Origin: Azolla caroliniana
Taxonomy: Eukaryota > Plantae > Polypodiophyta
Assembly (NCBI GenBank): GCA_043228905.1
Contig: JBHGNT010000001.1
Coordinates: forward strand, 26,288,001 to 26,352,000
DNA: 64,000 nucleotides
Direction of reading: 5' to 3'
The position numbers were made by a program, and so were the translations under genes. This document shows, piece after piece, positions 14,288-29,149 of this stretch (within the stretch, counting starts at the first letter, position 1; the number at the start of each line of letters is the position of its first letter). The notes under the pieces were generated by a model. That model worked only from the letters and a program-made list of their open reading frames with translations. It was not told the origin of the DNA and did not search any database.

Positions 14288-16225
14288 TCATTTTGTCGAA
14301 TGCAATTTGGACAACAAAAACAAGCATCCTGAAGACAATAGGATGGAAGCTGAGAAGCAAAGAAGGTCAACTCCTGAATGTACCGGAACCTTCTTGCTTT
14401 TCTCAAACATACCAACTAACAATATCATCACAATAACATGCCCAATCTTGGTCTTCAATTCATCCAATGAATGGATTTCTAACCACTTTGGTCGTTCCTG
14501 CAAATATGAATCACAAATTGATCTAATCAATAGCAAGCAAGAAGTATGTATCCAAGTGACAAAACACATGCTTTGTCATAGTGAGAAACTTAGGCACAAA
14601 AGATTAAATGTTTCGTTGTGAGTTTTTAGGCTAAAATGCGAACATAATTGTTGTGGGTTGTGAAGCAAATGGAAAATATAGAATAAGAAAATGAATATTT
14701 TGTGGTGAGATTTTATTTTTACCCGTAGCCGGAAAAGGCCGAATAGATTTGAGCCGAACACTGTAGTTCTCGAGCTATTCGGAGAGCGTTTGCGACCAGG
14801 TACATCTAAACTATTTACAAAGAGGTCATAGAGTCCCATTCCAAAAATGAGCATCACAGTTCCCATGAGGTAGACATCTGAGTGAGAAACATTCAAACAA
14901 TCAATAACACTGGACATGCATGTATGTATGTCATTAAAAGGCAAGAAGATGACTTACCTACTGCTTCCACAAGCATTAAAATAACATTGCCTGTGCCCAT
15001 GCCATCCCAACTTGTCTGAAAATACTCTACAAAAGATTGGACTACAAATGTGCATCCCTGAAACCAGCCCCAATACATGTTGAGTATTCATATTATAACA
15101 AGACATCGCATGCAAAAATCAGGATGTCAAATGGCATTGCTTTCATACATTATATTATATAAGACATGGGCCACAAACTTATGCTTTACATCACTTGAGA
15201 TTGTGGGTTCAAAGTCTCGAGTAATGGGTTTATGGGTTTCTCGATGATATGGTGCTTGTTAATGGTAAATGCTGTTTATATAATTTTAGTTTGAGATAAT
15301 GTAAAATGAGCTCTCGAAAAAACAATGCTGAAGGAATGGGTGGATTTACAATAACCCACATTGTCACGTCTCCACAAAACAAAGAGTGAGAAGGAATCAA
15401 GCATTTGCCATGAGGATAAAATGGATGTAATATATACACATACAAGTGTCATCATATATATGATATGACACACATGCAGGCACATATAAACACGCATCCG
15501 TTTAGTGTGTGTTTGCACTCACAACATGCATATGCAGCATTATTGAAATATAAGGACCAACCTTTAAGAAGCAAAGCAGGGAGCCGGTAAGGGATCCTAC
15601 CACGGCCATAAGGGTAAGAAATCTACAGTTGAAAATAGCCTAGAAAATTCAAAGGAATCAAACAGCAATTTTGTTAGTCTGTCTACCCACGTTTCAACTA
15701 ATACCACTTTCCATCAGAGAAAGGGGAGGAATATCATGCATGTAAGAGTGAGTGTGAGTGTGTATGTGATGTATGTATATATGTCCATGTCTATGTATGC
15801 ATGCAATTATGTATGTATGTTGTATGTTGTAACTTGTATGTATGTATGTAACTATCAATGTGATGTATGTATATATATGTCCATGTCTATGTATGTATGT
15901 ATGTATGTATGTATGTATGTATGTGCATGTATACCTGCTCAATGACCTCTTCCACATGTTGCACAGAGTACTTGATGGGAGATGAAGAGGAGGAATTATG
16001 AGACAGCTTTTCAATGAATCCATTGTTTTCTATAGGTTGAAATATGAAGGGGGGAGATGTTGATGATGATTGGATGGTGAACATGTGATGTGGCATTGTT
16101 TTACAGACCCGCGGACACATTTTCGTCACATGGTGGACGATATCATGATGACAATGATGGTAAGGGTTTGTAAAATGTGCTTTCTTTTGCTCGAGTGTTA
16201 GCTTTAGAGATGGAGTAGAATACAT
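14288..16225 (-). CDS. UPF0114/YqhA-family membrane protein, 5 exons (~16225-15936, 15641-15562, 15058-14959, 14878-14723, 14498-14288)
   Basis: Spliced peptide VEEVIEQ|AIFNCRFLTLMAVVGSLTGSLLCFLK|GC...LVEAV|DVYLMGTVMLIFGMGLYDLF...NLFGLFRLR|ERPKWLEIHSLDELKTKIGHVIVMILLV, the plant UPF0114 signature. Confidence 0.9.
15736..15932. repeat. (TATG)n-rich microsatellite in intron
   Basis: Degenerate TATG/TGTA array seen directly. Confidence 0.9.
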
Positions 16226-19200
16226 GGATACAACAACTTACACCAAAATAGCTCTCTCTAGGTCTAGATGTTTTGGAAAGGAGAAATTATCTCAATCCTT
16301 AATGTCTTTGCAAAGGCCTAGATACCTGCGTGCTTTCAAATCGTTAGCTCTATTGTCTACCAAAATCAAAAGTGGTATTTCTCAATATAACTTGAAAGAT
16401 AGTGATGATGAGGATGTGTTCTTTGAAATATCTGTGTGTGTTTATGTGGGTGAGAGGCTTTGAAATGCTTGGCTCTCCTCTCTTTTAATCAAGAGAGCTC
16501 TCTCTGCATAGGCCTATATATACACACATATGTCTATGTGCTTGTGTTGAATGAAGGCCAATTACATATGCTATTAGATCATAGGAGAATATTCTAACGC
16601 CTTGTCGGCTACGAAGAATGTGAATCATTGGAACCTTCATGATCATCTCATCATAACTTACAAAAAACAATGGTGACATGTGACAGAGACTTTTTCATGC
16701 GACTGCATGAACTGTCATTGCATTCGTCTCTCTTGTGTTGTTCTCAATGGTCCTACAAGGTTTTAAGTTTTGTATTTGCTTTATATTCTTTTTAGATCAT
16801 TTGTTGGTCTATATTGTGCATTTGCATTTTGCTCACCCTATCTCTCTATTGCCTTGTGTATTTCCATTTAAAGTTTATATTTACGTGGTAGGTGCTCAAT
16901 GTTCTTTCTGCTCACACATGACATTGTGTCGTTCCTTTGCATGGCATATGTATTATTCATTGACTGAAATGCTTATTGAGGAAACAAAATTTCAAGCTTA
17001 TGACTCTATTGTTGCCAGCACATTTAAATTAAGCGTGTGAAATGTGCTCGATGTGAACATGTATTCTTTTGAAAAAAAGTCTAAAACTTTTGGAATTATA
17101 ACTTAGAAAAGAACTTCAAATTAGATTTGTTGCTCTAGTTGTACGAGAGATGCTCGCACAATGCTACAATTTTGGGAAACTCCCAAAGCCGCTCATACAA
17201 ATTACTAAAGCATGTTGCATATTTGTCTTAAACAACTTGAAGAAAACCAAACCAAACCAAATATCAAGTCGGGAAAAAGAAAAACGAGTAGGACAACTTA
17301 AAGAAAGTTTGTATGACATTTGCATTTTCAATGATACATTACAAGACCAATGTAGAGGGGCCCAAGTTTTCCCAAAAAATAAATATGCTCTAAAAGTTCT
17401 ATATGGTATTAGAATCTTGGGTTTTGGTCACGAAAATCCTATGATCAAAACTCGAAAGACACCCCTAATGCAAATTGTAAGGGCGTAAGCACATACCCTA
17501 AGGGAAAACTATTACAACTTACAACCATATTATGAGGAAGACCTAGATACTCATGCATGATGAATAAATATGATCATTGACTTTGAAGTAATTGAAAACG
17601 AAATCAATTTACTAAGTTTTACACAATCATGTGGAATTCATATTCAAATAGAGTACCCTATATTCTTGCCCTTTGCCCATTTGGTCTCCCCCTCAACGAG
17701 CTCAATACTAGATATGGTTAAGAGGGCAAAGGCAAAACTTCTTCATTCCCTTCCTTTTCCCTTGATTAAAATATTGAAGTGTGTTCTCAAACTAAGCACC
17801 CAAGTACCATGATATATAGTTATTAAGACGAGCATGTGTGTCTAGTATGCTTTCTTTTCTTGTGTACGAGGTAGGTTATATGTATTATGCACTTTTTGCT
17901 ATTGAAAATGCATACATTGTATATCTTTTTGTTTGCACATATATCATGATTCATCACTATATATAAGGTTTACTAAATTCTCATGGAATTATTTTCTGCC
18001 CTTGGCCTCTCGAAAATACTATTGACGTCAATTTTATAAAAGTCATGGAGCAAAGTGTTGTTCATGCACATGAACTCAAACTCAAGTTATGAAAGAGTTC
18101 CTATTGAGGAAAAACAACAATTGTTAAGTTACCATAATATCCCTACCTTTTAATTATACATGTTATCTCTAATTAAGAAAGTACACCGACATAACAAGAA
18201 TATGCGGCAATTAGATACACATAATAAGCTATAGCATTTAGCGAATGCCATAGTATATGTATGCTTGTATTAAAGAATACTATTTAACAATGAACACTAG
18301 CAAAAAGTCAAGTTATTTTTGTCATAATTACTATGTTAGCGGTAAGTTTGTGTTCTACATGAGACTTGAATCCATGATATCAATGTTGCGAAGACAACCA
18401 TGTTTCTATATAACCCACAAATTTGAGGGTACATAAGCCATATTTTATCGAAATCTCAAGTCTTGTTGTATTTTTAAAACTAGAGACATTTTTGCATTGT
18501 GCTTTTATCGTGCAATGTATTGTTTCAACATCATTCTACATGGAATGTTGTCTTTGATATGTTATTAAGAGCATTTCGAACAGCAAAATAGAGGTCTACA
18601 AAACAAGAAATTCTCCTACCCACTTGTTTTAAATTGGAAAACTCTAGGAGAATTGTGATTTTAAATTGGAAGAGTGAGTGTTCATTGAGTTTCAGTCATT
18701 CGTCTGATCAATTCATACAAGCATGAACATGGCCATAACCATAGAATTGAATTGAATTCTCCACAATTTTAAAGAAGGCATTTATTCAATGTTATTCCCA
18801 TTTTCTCCAATCACAACATTGTTTATAGATGTGATAGGCATACCATCATAAACATCACTACAATCATGGAACCAACTTAACCTTAATAAAGTTGAATAAT
18901 AAGACACTCATTACACAACATTCTAATAAGATGATAATCCTAAAGACACCATTGCCTTGCATATTTTTTTATTGGACAATTCACAACATAATATCATAGA
19001 CAAACCACACAATAGCATAGACAAAATTGCACACACACACAAATCTCACCTAACCCTTTTCCTTCTCATAGTGGGCTCACACTGCCCATCCTTAATATGA
19101 CCCAATTGTCATTGTCTAGTCTTGATTGTAGCTATTGATATCCCCCTCCCCCTAACTCTCATCCCTATCAATGCAATGTCTCCTTAAACTTACACATATT

Positions 19201-19875
19201 TAACTCATGGTTATTGGCTTTAATGTATAATCCAATTAAGAATGCATCTCCAAGTTGGATTACTGTTAATTAAGCTGAATAAGTGGGTAAACTCAATGAC
19301 TGCATAAAAAGGAGAACATTTACACATTTGAATATCAATGTTATGAATTGCCATCTCTACATATCTTTTTCATAACCTCTCGTCTTGGTACCTAGTTGCT
19401 ATAGCCTATTGAGCATGCACCCAAATCTTTACTTATTTGTATCACCCTTCCCTCTTTTTTTTATTCAGCCAAAATCTGTCAATCCAACACCAAGCAACAT
19501 TTTTGTTCTCACTTGTAAGGAATAATCTTGTTATTGGCAATAAGACACTATTCCCCCTGATTTAAGCTAAGCCATCAATCTTTGACCTCAAAAATGGAAG
19601 AAGCACAAATGTTCATAGGAAGACCTTGCAAAAAGTTCCAACCATTGAAATATTTCATAAGGCCGGGATAGTAATGATTGACGGTTCATATAATACAACA
19701 GATTGTGTGATCAGCAACTAAGTTTTATCATGTTTTTCACCATACAAGATACTGAATCCTATCTATAACTTTATCATTTTCAGGTCAATGGGATTTACCA
19801 AGAGACTAGCTTTAGTCGATCACTTGTTTGATACGCCGTCTGTTTTTTCAATGCTAATCTCAACTGAAACATTGC

Positions 19876-22800
19876 TTATGATGGAGGGATAACTGGGTCA
19901 TAGAAATTCAAAAATACTTTTGCTCGCTCAAGCCGTGCTGCTACCGTCTCCCATGATATAAGCTCATTAAAAAACGTTGAGATATAATCAGGTCGACGAT
20001 TCTGTAATATAGTCTTAGCTTGGTTAAAAGCTTTGCATTAAGCAATGAAGATATACCGTTATTACTTGAGATAATAAAAAATGTTTTTACCTGATAATCA
20101 AGGTAGTATGCATGCTGCGAGAGAAAAATAAAACTAGTTAATAGAGTTTCAAGGATTTACAGGCTTATAGATTGAGGGTTTCAGGATTAGTATTTTTAGG
20201 GTTTAGAGTTTTAGGATTAGGGTTTTTATGGATAAGGATGTTCAAAAACCAAATAATCATATCCTTACCTCCCATACATCGATGGTAAGAAGTGGCTGTT
20301 GCAAAAGATCACACAACAAGAGATGTGGAAAATTAAATAAAAATTAAGCCACACTAATCAATCATTTAACAAGAAGATATAGAGTTTATAGCAGAATTAA
20401 AATGTCAGAATTAATGTCAAGTGATTACGATATGGCCCGGAATAAGAGGACTAAACGCATTTGGAGTCTTCTCAACAACAAGTTTAGCAAACTTAGTATC
20501 ATCAAGTGGATCTGTAGCCTTCGCTGCAAAATAATAAAATGTACTATTAAGGCAACAGGATTGTTAAATTAGAGAACTAAACGCATTTGGAGTCTTCTAA
20601 TTAACTAATTTAGCAAACTTAGTATTAACAAGTGGATCGGAATCCTTTGCTGCAAATTATTAAAATGTACTATTCAGGAAACAGAATTGTTAAATGGATC
20701 TGAAGATTAAACACCAAATAACATTGAACTTCTTCGATATTTGTAGTAGAATATCCCTAACGTTTTTGGATATTTACATGATAGCCCCCCATTAGTTTTC
20801 TAGCATTACCAGAATATACCACCCCCTGTAGAAATCAATCTTGTACTATAGAGGCAGATTCTGGTAATTTTGGAACTTAATGTAGTCTGCTGTTTTTCCC
20901 TAAAAATCCCAAACCCCACTAGACAATTAAATCCCATAAATTACATGTGTCTATATTTTCACAAATTAATAAATCACTTGCCTGAAAGCCATGCCCAACC
21001 AGAACCAAACTGCGTTGCAGCTGCCTGTTTGAACTCTTCAGAAAATGCTTCAAATGATCCAAAATCTCTTTCGATCAACTTAAGTAGTTCTCCCTCTGGT
21101 TTCTTTCCACCATTTGGCTTAATGGATTGCCAAAAGAATTCATGATTCCATGCCTACCAAGGAAACATATCAAAGTATCTCATGATAAGGTTCTATGCTT
21201 GTTTGGATGTATACATGTATATATGAATACATGCATACGTGCATATATGTATGTATATGTCTAACACATTATTTTAGTACAGGCACATAAGTGCTTCACA
21301 CTAGCTTAAGTAAAGGCACAGATTCTAAGAAACAAATAGAACTTGCTATGCATCATGCTGTGGCCTCACAGTAGTTATGTGCAATAGTTAAAAACTTTTG
21401 TTTGACTTTCGTGCCATCTGGTAAATATTCATGTAGTAAAGTTAAATAAATAATCTATGATTTTTCTTTGGGCTAATTAAATCAAGAGAAAAGATCATAA
21501 ATACCACTTGTGTCTGTGGTAGCGTCGATTATATCCCCGGTACTTTCCTTGATAAAAAAATGCTCATCATTAAGTATTCCTAAGTTTTTCTATGGTTGAC
21601 CAGGGATAAAACTATCTATACTAAGAAAATCACAAAGTGCATAACTGAATTTACCCCCATATCCAAGAAGTATGTGTGAAAATTTCCCTTGAATCAATTA
21701 ACATTAATGAAGTAAATTGATTTAGACTAGCCCATTAAGCTCCATTTATGAAATGCCCTTAATAAAGAGTCAAGACCAAGCCACACATAGCACTATCAAA
21801 ATCATTCCTAATAAACCCCCTTACAATGTACGATCCTTCAAGATTTTCTTTTGACAACCCCTGGGCCCTTAGTGAACAAATTTACCGCATTGGTTCAGAC
21901 TTAAAAGCTTCCTAAATTACCATGATAATTCATCAAGGAAAAAATCTGTAACATCGGGCTTACATTTGCCTAATGAAATCCATTTACATTTATGGAGTCA
22001 AATAGACAATAGACAGGCCAAAATGCTCCATTAATGTATAGTGAAGTGTATCACAGATACTACATTTTGGCTATCCATGCATATAGCCTTACATTATTGG
22101 AGTCAAATCAGGCTAGAGTAAGGGGAGAGTGTTTGTGAAATGCCTACATTTCAAGGTAAGTGGATACTTTTGGTTGTTTATGATTGAGAGTAAAAGATTC
22201 ATAGAATTAACAAGAATTTTACTCCTAACATTATGAGAAAAAACAAAATGTCTTCTTAATGTCCACGGGAGACCAATTGCAACCCAAGGAACAGCGCCAA
22301 GGCCCAAGCCCATGACAAGGATCAAACTCAAGTTTTCTCAATTTTATAACTGAGATGCTACAGTGCAAACCATCAACCAAACAGCCATAGAGAAGTGACT
22401 CTGTGGATATTCAGCATTATTGTAGTAGGGACAGCAAGGATTTTTGTATTGTCTTGTTATTTTAATATAAACTCTACTTTGACAAAAAAGGAGAGAGGGA
22501 GAGGCTCTTGTTTCTGGATTTGTGAAATAATTATGATTATATGCATTTCGTATTTCTGATTTTCTGGGTTGTACTACTGCAAAAGGTGCTATAAGACAAG
22601 CTCTTAGCAGACTGCAGACTAGATGTTAGAAAACGAGAACCAATCATCAGAGGAAGAATAATATACTAATTGTCTAATGTAGGCCAAAACCAATCTGTGA
22701 GATAAATAGTACTTACAGATATGAGTGAACACAGGTTATTTAGGGTTGATTCACTGTGCTTTTGAAGCTCAAGCAAGCCTCAGTCAAAGTGACACAGGGT

Positions 22801-25800
22801 CGCCATCATCATATGTTGAATGGCTGTGCACTCTGCCAAGAGTGTGGTATATGGGAAAGACGATATATTTTAACGTCCCTAGAAACCAGAAACATGACTT
22901 ATGAAACCCAAAAAGAATAGTACAAGACAGCCTCATCTGATTGTAACGAGGCCTTAGGCACGAGCAGCTGATGTATTTTCATAATATTACTCCTAATCTT
23001 GACCCAAAAGAGGTAATGAAGCTGATCTAGCGACGGTAGTGAGTTTATTTCACATGCCTTTTGATCCAAACGAAGTATTGCTCATCAATTTTCTATCCCA
23101 ATTCTCGACAACAAAATGGGCTGGCTGAAAGGACGAATAGGAAACTCCAAGAATTGGCTAAAATATGTCTCAATCTAATCTTCCTCTCATCTTTTGGGGT
23201 TGAAGCTGTGCACATAGCTGTATTTATCATCAACCCTTGACCTAAGTTGGTCATTGAAATGACTTCTGAAGAGGCGTTTACAGCTCACAAACCCTCAGTT
23301 TCTCACCTTAGTAGGTTTGGATCTGATGCACATGTTCATCTTTCAGATGCTACATAAACTATGTTTGAGCCCAAGAGAAATAAATGCAAATTTCTTGGCT
23401 ATAGCAGATATTCTAACTTACAACCATGGGATCCTCAAACTAAATTCCTTGTCATTTTCAGAGATGTTCATTTTTTAGAGTCACACTCTTCACAACTCAA
23501 GAATTATTCTCCAATTTTTCATGGAGATTCCAGCTCCTTCCTCTACTTATCTGTCCCACCTATATCCTCCCTCCTATTTTAACTATTGAAAGCTCGTCCT
23601 CTAAGCCAACTTCCCCTATTAAACCCTCATCTCCTACTATTCATGAACCTATCCTTCAAATTCATCTTCCAAATGACTACGATAAACCCTTTATGATTCA
23701 CATTTTTCAGATGTTGATCTTCATCAACAAGAAGCCATCTCATCTACACTGCTCACAAGAGTTCATTAATCCCAATAACCTTACTATATAATGCATTTAT
23801 GCATATAAGGATTTCTTCAGCCTGTAAACCTTACCTTGCTAGCCTGAAATCTCAAATCCAGGAGGCTGCTCCACATAAACTTATTCCATTAGGTCGCCAT
23901 TGAGGCAAACTTGACATTCATTTAGAATAGACTCCAATTGCAGTGGGAAACAAGTTGTCAGCTTTCTTCAGTCTGTAAGTCTTATTTTGCTGGCCTGCAA
24001 TCTCAAAACCAGGAAGCTTTTCGACATAAACTTCTTTCATTAAGTGGCCATTCAACAATGCAGACTTAACATTCATTTGGAATAAACTCAATGATTTGAA
24101 AACGACATTTGAAATGATAGATTCTTCAACGTTATTTCTTGGGCATGAAAGTCTATCAATCATATGGCAGAATATTTCTGGCCAACACAGATATCTTCAA
24201 CAACTTCTTGAACCTAAGCATGACTGATTGCAAGCCCCTTTCTTGTCCCATGGATCCACAATCCAAGCTTTCTCGAGAAGAAAATTCTCCCATTTTTTGA
24301 AGATAGTACAACATAGAGAAGGCTGATTGGGTCCCTTATTCATCTTACCTACACAAGACCTGATATTTCCAACAATGTTAGCGTTCTTATTCAGTTTTTA
24401 AATGCTCCATGTCAAGTTTATTGCCAAGCAGCCATTTATTTCCTTCGGTACTTAGTAGGCCTAGCTGACTATGGCCTTTCATTCAGATGAGGCATAAAGT
24501 CAATTAATTATAAGGATGTTGATTGGGCAGGAGATGTAGACACAAGACAGCCTACATCTACATCTAGCTATTGCTTTCTACTTGGCTCGGGTTTGATTTC
24601 TTGGAGGTTCAAGAAACAACATTTGGTTTCCACTTCGTCTATGAATCTGAATAGCTTGCCTCTTTGGATACATATCCACTCTTATGGCTAATACAAATCT
24701 TTGACCATCTTGGAATTCCACAAGCCAATCCTATTCGAATTCTTGCAGATAGCCAAAGTACCCATGCATTAGCACATATTTCGTCTTCCCATGGTAGGAC
24801 TAAACGTGTTGAATTTCACTTCCATTTTTTTCATGAGCTTGCCACTACTTAGATCATCAGATTGAACTATTGTCCACTCGAGAAAATGTGGCGCTCCTTA
24901 CCTAGCCACTTCTTAGGGACACTATTGATCAGCTCCTTACTCATCTCAATGGAGGATCTGAGAGAAGGTGCAGGAGGGTAACAGCCCCTGAACTAATCTC
25001 TCCCTTCTATACACACACACTCTCTCTCTACACGTTTCTCTCTCTAGATTCACTTTATTCCAACATTTACTTCATCTCACTTTCTGGATCTACTACTATT
25101 TTATTATAGCATTTACTACATTGTTTTCTTCTCTCTACTACTTAAATCATTATGGTACTAAGCATATTTTATCCCCTTTCATAAATGCATTGTTACAAAT
25201 CCCACTCTCATTTTTGTATTTGAAGACTTTGAGCATCACTAACAACTACAAATCCTCCTGCCACTAGCCTCTTCAGCATCTTACTACAGTTCGTAATAAA
25301 TTTGTCACATTTGTCGCACAATCGACTATTAGCATGCTATTCAATCATACCTGGCCAGCATTGTTGAAGTATGCAGTAGGATTTCCATTGTTGTAGCCAT
25401 ACTTGACTACTTCATCCAGTGTCTTTCCTTCTAGATGTGTTCCTGCGATCTGTTTGTTCAGGTTATCCACATATGCTCTATGATGCTTCCCCCAATGGAA
25501 TTCTAGAGTCTTCTTGCTCATATGAGGCTCTAAGGCATCCTGCAAAAGAGGATGGATTTTATATTTAGTTTCAAACTAAACAAATGCCATATGTGCGAAA
25601 GAGAATAATATTCCTTGACAGGGATTCAAAGAAAGCAATTCACCAGTAAAATAAACGATCAGTTGATAAAGCTTCCAACAAACATTTGAAAAGAGAATTC
25701 TCTAAGGAGGTTCAAGAATGAATTTTCATATGTAAAAGAAATATCTTTGGAGATAGAGTTTCATGAAAGTATTTCTCGAAAGAAAGATTTATCGATAGAT

Positions 25801-26383
25801 CTTTAAGAACAGCATTTCCATGTCTCAAAGAAATATATCTTGATCAGAAACTATTTTTATGAGCATTGCATTTTGATACAATAAAAGAAATACTTGATTT
25901 GCGTAGAACTTCCAGAAAGCATTTCCGAAGGCAAAAGTAATAACTGTTCATAGAGTTTCAGGAGAGAATTTTCATATGCACCAAAGAAAATAAGATTTTC
26001 TTAGAAATTGAGGAAATACAGAGGATCCTCATAATAATGCCTATGATATAGCTTCACTTGTTACTATTTATGGTTGAACATAACACAGAGAGAGAGAGAG
26101 ACGGAGAAGAAAGAAAAGTGGCATTACCATGTCGAAAGCCAAAGGTTTGAGATAGAATTCCATTACAATGCTTCTGTGCATCCTGGATGACTTCTTTTTC
26201 TGGAGAAAAGAAAAGGAAAAAAGGGAGTAAAGGAAAAGCATGTTCAATTTGGCTAAGCTTACCAGAGGAATAAGGAGATGAGAGACAAGAGCGGAGAATC
26301 CTTACTTGACATGACGAAGAAGAAGAAGAAGGGAATTGAAATGGAAGGGAGAAAGATTGAAGAAGGGAGTGCTGCAAAGCCAT
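19876..26383 (-). CDS. FSD3: Chloroplast iron superoxide dismutase, FSD3-like; 8 exons (~26383-26306, 26199-26128, 25539-25351, 21153-20982, 20523-20429, 20295-20269, 20114-20091, 20001-19876)
   Basis: Ser-rich transit peptide, [26 protein letters not shown]|[29 protein letters not shown]|HAYYLDYQ|[10 protein letters not shown]. The short C-terminus [19 protein letters not shown] resembles FSD3 from memory. One GC-AG intron (donor at 20981). Confidence 0.92.
23050..24980 (+). mobile_element. Degenerate Ty1/Copia remnant inside the 4.2-kb FeSOD intron, with an internally inverted RT fragment
   Basis: + strand: [15 protein letters not shown]...VIFRDVHF (integrase), [30 protein letters not shown] (RT/RNase H). 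- strand 23918-24163: [20 protein letters not shown]. Many stops. Confidence 0.85.
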
Positions 26384-29149
26384 TGTCAGAACTAGAGGTG
26401 GCTGTGCTGCTGCTGTCTGTTGAGCTTGCAGGGTTTTGCCCGTGGAGCAGAAGGGTTTTGGCTTAGCCCCCACACACGTGTGTATCTGTCTCAGTTCATA
26501 GATAGCCTTAAACCGGTTACCAAGGCGTTTAAGACTTAATCGGCTTGGACAAACCAATTTAGGTACCGGTTCGGTTCAGGTTTGGAAACCCCCAAACCGG
26601 TTAAGCTGATTCCTACTATCTAACATGAGAGAACAACTCACCTGAGTTCTATGTCACAATCAACCTTGCGACACGCCCATACACGCGCACACACACACAT
26701 GCACACATGAGCTCGGCATTTTTCCATTAAGAAATTACCCTGGAACAAGGTGTCTAATGTGTGGCCAATCTTCATGGTGAGCCGACACCCTTCACCTGAA
26801 TGAACACAAGTTTATGAGCGAATAGCTACCTTGCATGACTCCCACCTTGCCATGATTTTCGCTTCCCTTGTCGAAAACCTCCCAAAATGAAGCCATGGGT
26901 CTCTTGTCACTTGCTTCTATCATAACCCACCAATGCGCGCGCACACACACACTTGTTTTTATAGCTTCTAGGTAGGTGCTCTCTCATCGAATAAGAAAAA
27001 GTAGGGGATATGTAGTAGAATCCCCTCTTTTCTGGTATGCACTCCTACTCCTTTCGAACATGCGATTGTCCTTATCTTAGCATGGGTGCCTAGCCACGAG
27101 AAAATATATATAACCCTACACTTCATTGCTCTTGGTTATCTATTGTAGTTCCACTTTCCTCGGTGCACCTAGCTACCAGAACGGAAATATTGATGTTGTT
27201 CGTGCACTTCCTTGTCATCACTTCCCCATTGTTGCTCCACTTTCCCCTCCCATCAACCATGGGATACACTTCCTTGTCATTACTTATCCATTGGTTCTCC
27301 AATTTCTCAAACCTTAAGCCCTCTCTTGTGGTGATTGTAACCAACCATTCGAGTAAAGCATTCTTGTTGTTTTTTGTTTTGTTTCGGTGACCACTTTGAC
27401 CAATATTTTAAACTTTTCTACAATTTGCCTTTTCCATGATTTCTCCCTTTGCATGCGCCACATCGCAATAGCATCAGAAGTTACATCTTGATCATGTTAT
27501 ATCCTTATGAAGTATAAAATTATTGTGCCATATAGTATACTATTATCAATGTTCCATCTTTATCTAATCCCTTGACTGTGTACATGTTAAGTGTTGATTG
27601 TTTTGTTGGTATTTGATTATTAGATTCATTGTATCATATCAAAATTTGTAAGTAAGCCAATCATCACATGTTACACTCTCGCACATTATTAATAATATTC
27701 ATACATTTTTGAGATATCATGTGGCATCATGCACAATGTTGTCTTTAACATCGCCATTGTCATACCACATTCTGTCGGGTGATTGCTTCTTGCGCTTCTT
27801 GCACCTATATCGGGTTGTTTCGTAATTATAATATGAGGTTACTATGACATGTTGAATAGGCAACTAGGTAATGGAGAACTAGTTTCAAAGTTCATGTGTT
27901 GTTGTACACCATCAATCACTAACTCTCTCTAAATGTAAATATATAAATTGAAATGGTGATGGAAAAACCATTGAGACAATCATATACAATTGGCGTACAA
28001 AATACAAATTTTCTATATATGCTTGGGCCAAAATTGAGGCTCCTAATCACATGACATTTGAGATTGAGCAATTAATTATATTGTGAGCAATAAACAATGA
28101 ACAAGATTTAGAGATTATGCTATTCTATTTTACAAATCACCACAATCAAGTCTTGATAGGGCAAATAAGAGTGTAAATTGGCTATAGAAAATGAAAGGAG
28201 CATGTACTAATTGGGAGGATTGCGAACTTAATTTGCTAAACTCAAAAGGTCGAAGTGATAGTGATTTGTCATTAATCTCAATTAGAAGCACATAAAATTA
28301 CATGCTCATTAGTTAATCAATATTACCAAAGAGAGAGAGAAATAAATTAGTAGATTATTCATAATGATCAACATTCAAGATGCTTAAAATTAAATGCATA
28401 CCATGTGCTTGATGTTGCTTTTGAGATTCTTCAACCTTGACACTTTGAATATACTATGTGCCAAATGTTCACTTTGGGACTCCTTAACACATATGATGTG
28501 TTTGCTCAATATTGTTTCTGAGATCCCTCAACGGTGATACTTAAAATAATATGTTGTGTGCCCCATGTTCCTTCTATGATTTTCCTTAAAGTTTGATACT
28601 CCAAACATATTGTGTGCTTAGGTATGGCTTCTTGGATTCCTTAATTGCAAAACCATAAAATCATACCACGTGCACCCATCCATTGGTGCATGTTGGGATT
28701 ATTTAACAATGATAACCTTAAAAGTATACCGCACACTCAAGGTTTGCTTTTGGGATTCCTAATTTGCACGCCACTCGGTTGCTTTTGAGATTCCATAACA
28801 ATGACATTGATATGGAATATAGAAGTGTAAATAGATGCTCGCCTTTTGGGATGGATTCCTTCTGTGCACACATCGACCGCCTTCATGTTTGGTCTATTTG
28901 TAGTTTAGGGTTAGGGAGCCAAATTAGAGGAGGAGATGGGTTTAGGGTTTAGGGTCAAGGGTTACACTTGTCATACACAAACATTGCACACATACATACA
29001 TGCATACAATACACACACATACATAGAACTAAACCCTTTCCTATAGATTTTGAAATACATACATATGTACATACACACATTCAAAGCAGAGCCCTTCTCT
29101 AGATTTTGACATACATACATACATATAGAGCTGAGCCCATTGCTATAGA

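Noticed and set aside
15694-16023. His/Ile/Tyr/Thr-rich ORFs (also 30622-30990 and 40728-41086)
   Set aside because: Translations of TATG or TTC microsatellites.
17000-19300. Possible retrotransposon relics (also 27100-27400 and 39600-40500)
   Set aside because: No diagnostic motif could be read with confidence.
28380-28830. Degenerate ~60-bp repeats (TTGAGATTCC...ATACCATGTG); similar faint repeats at 35920-36160
   Set aside because: Too decayed to define a unit or function by eye.
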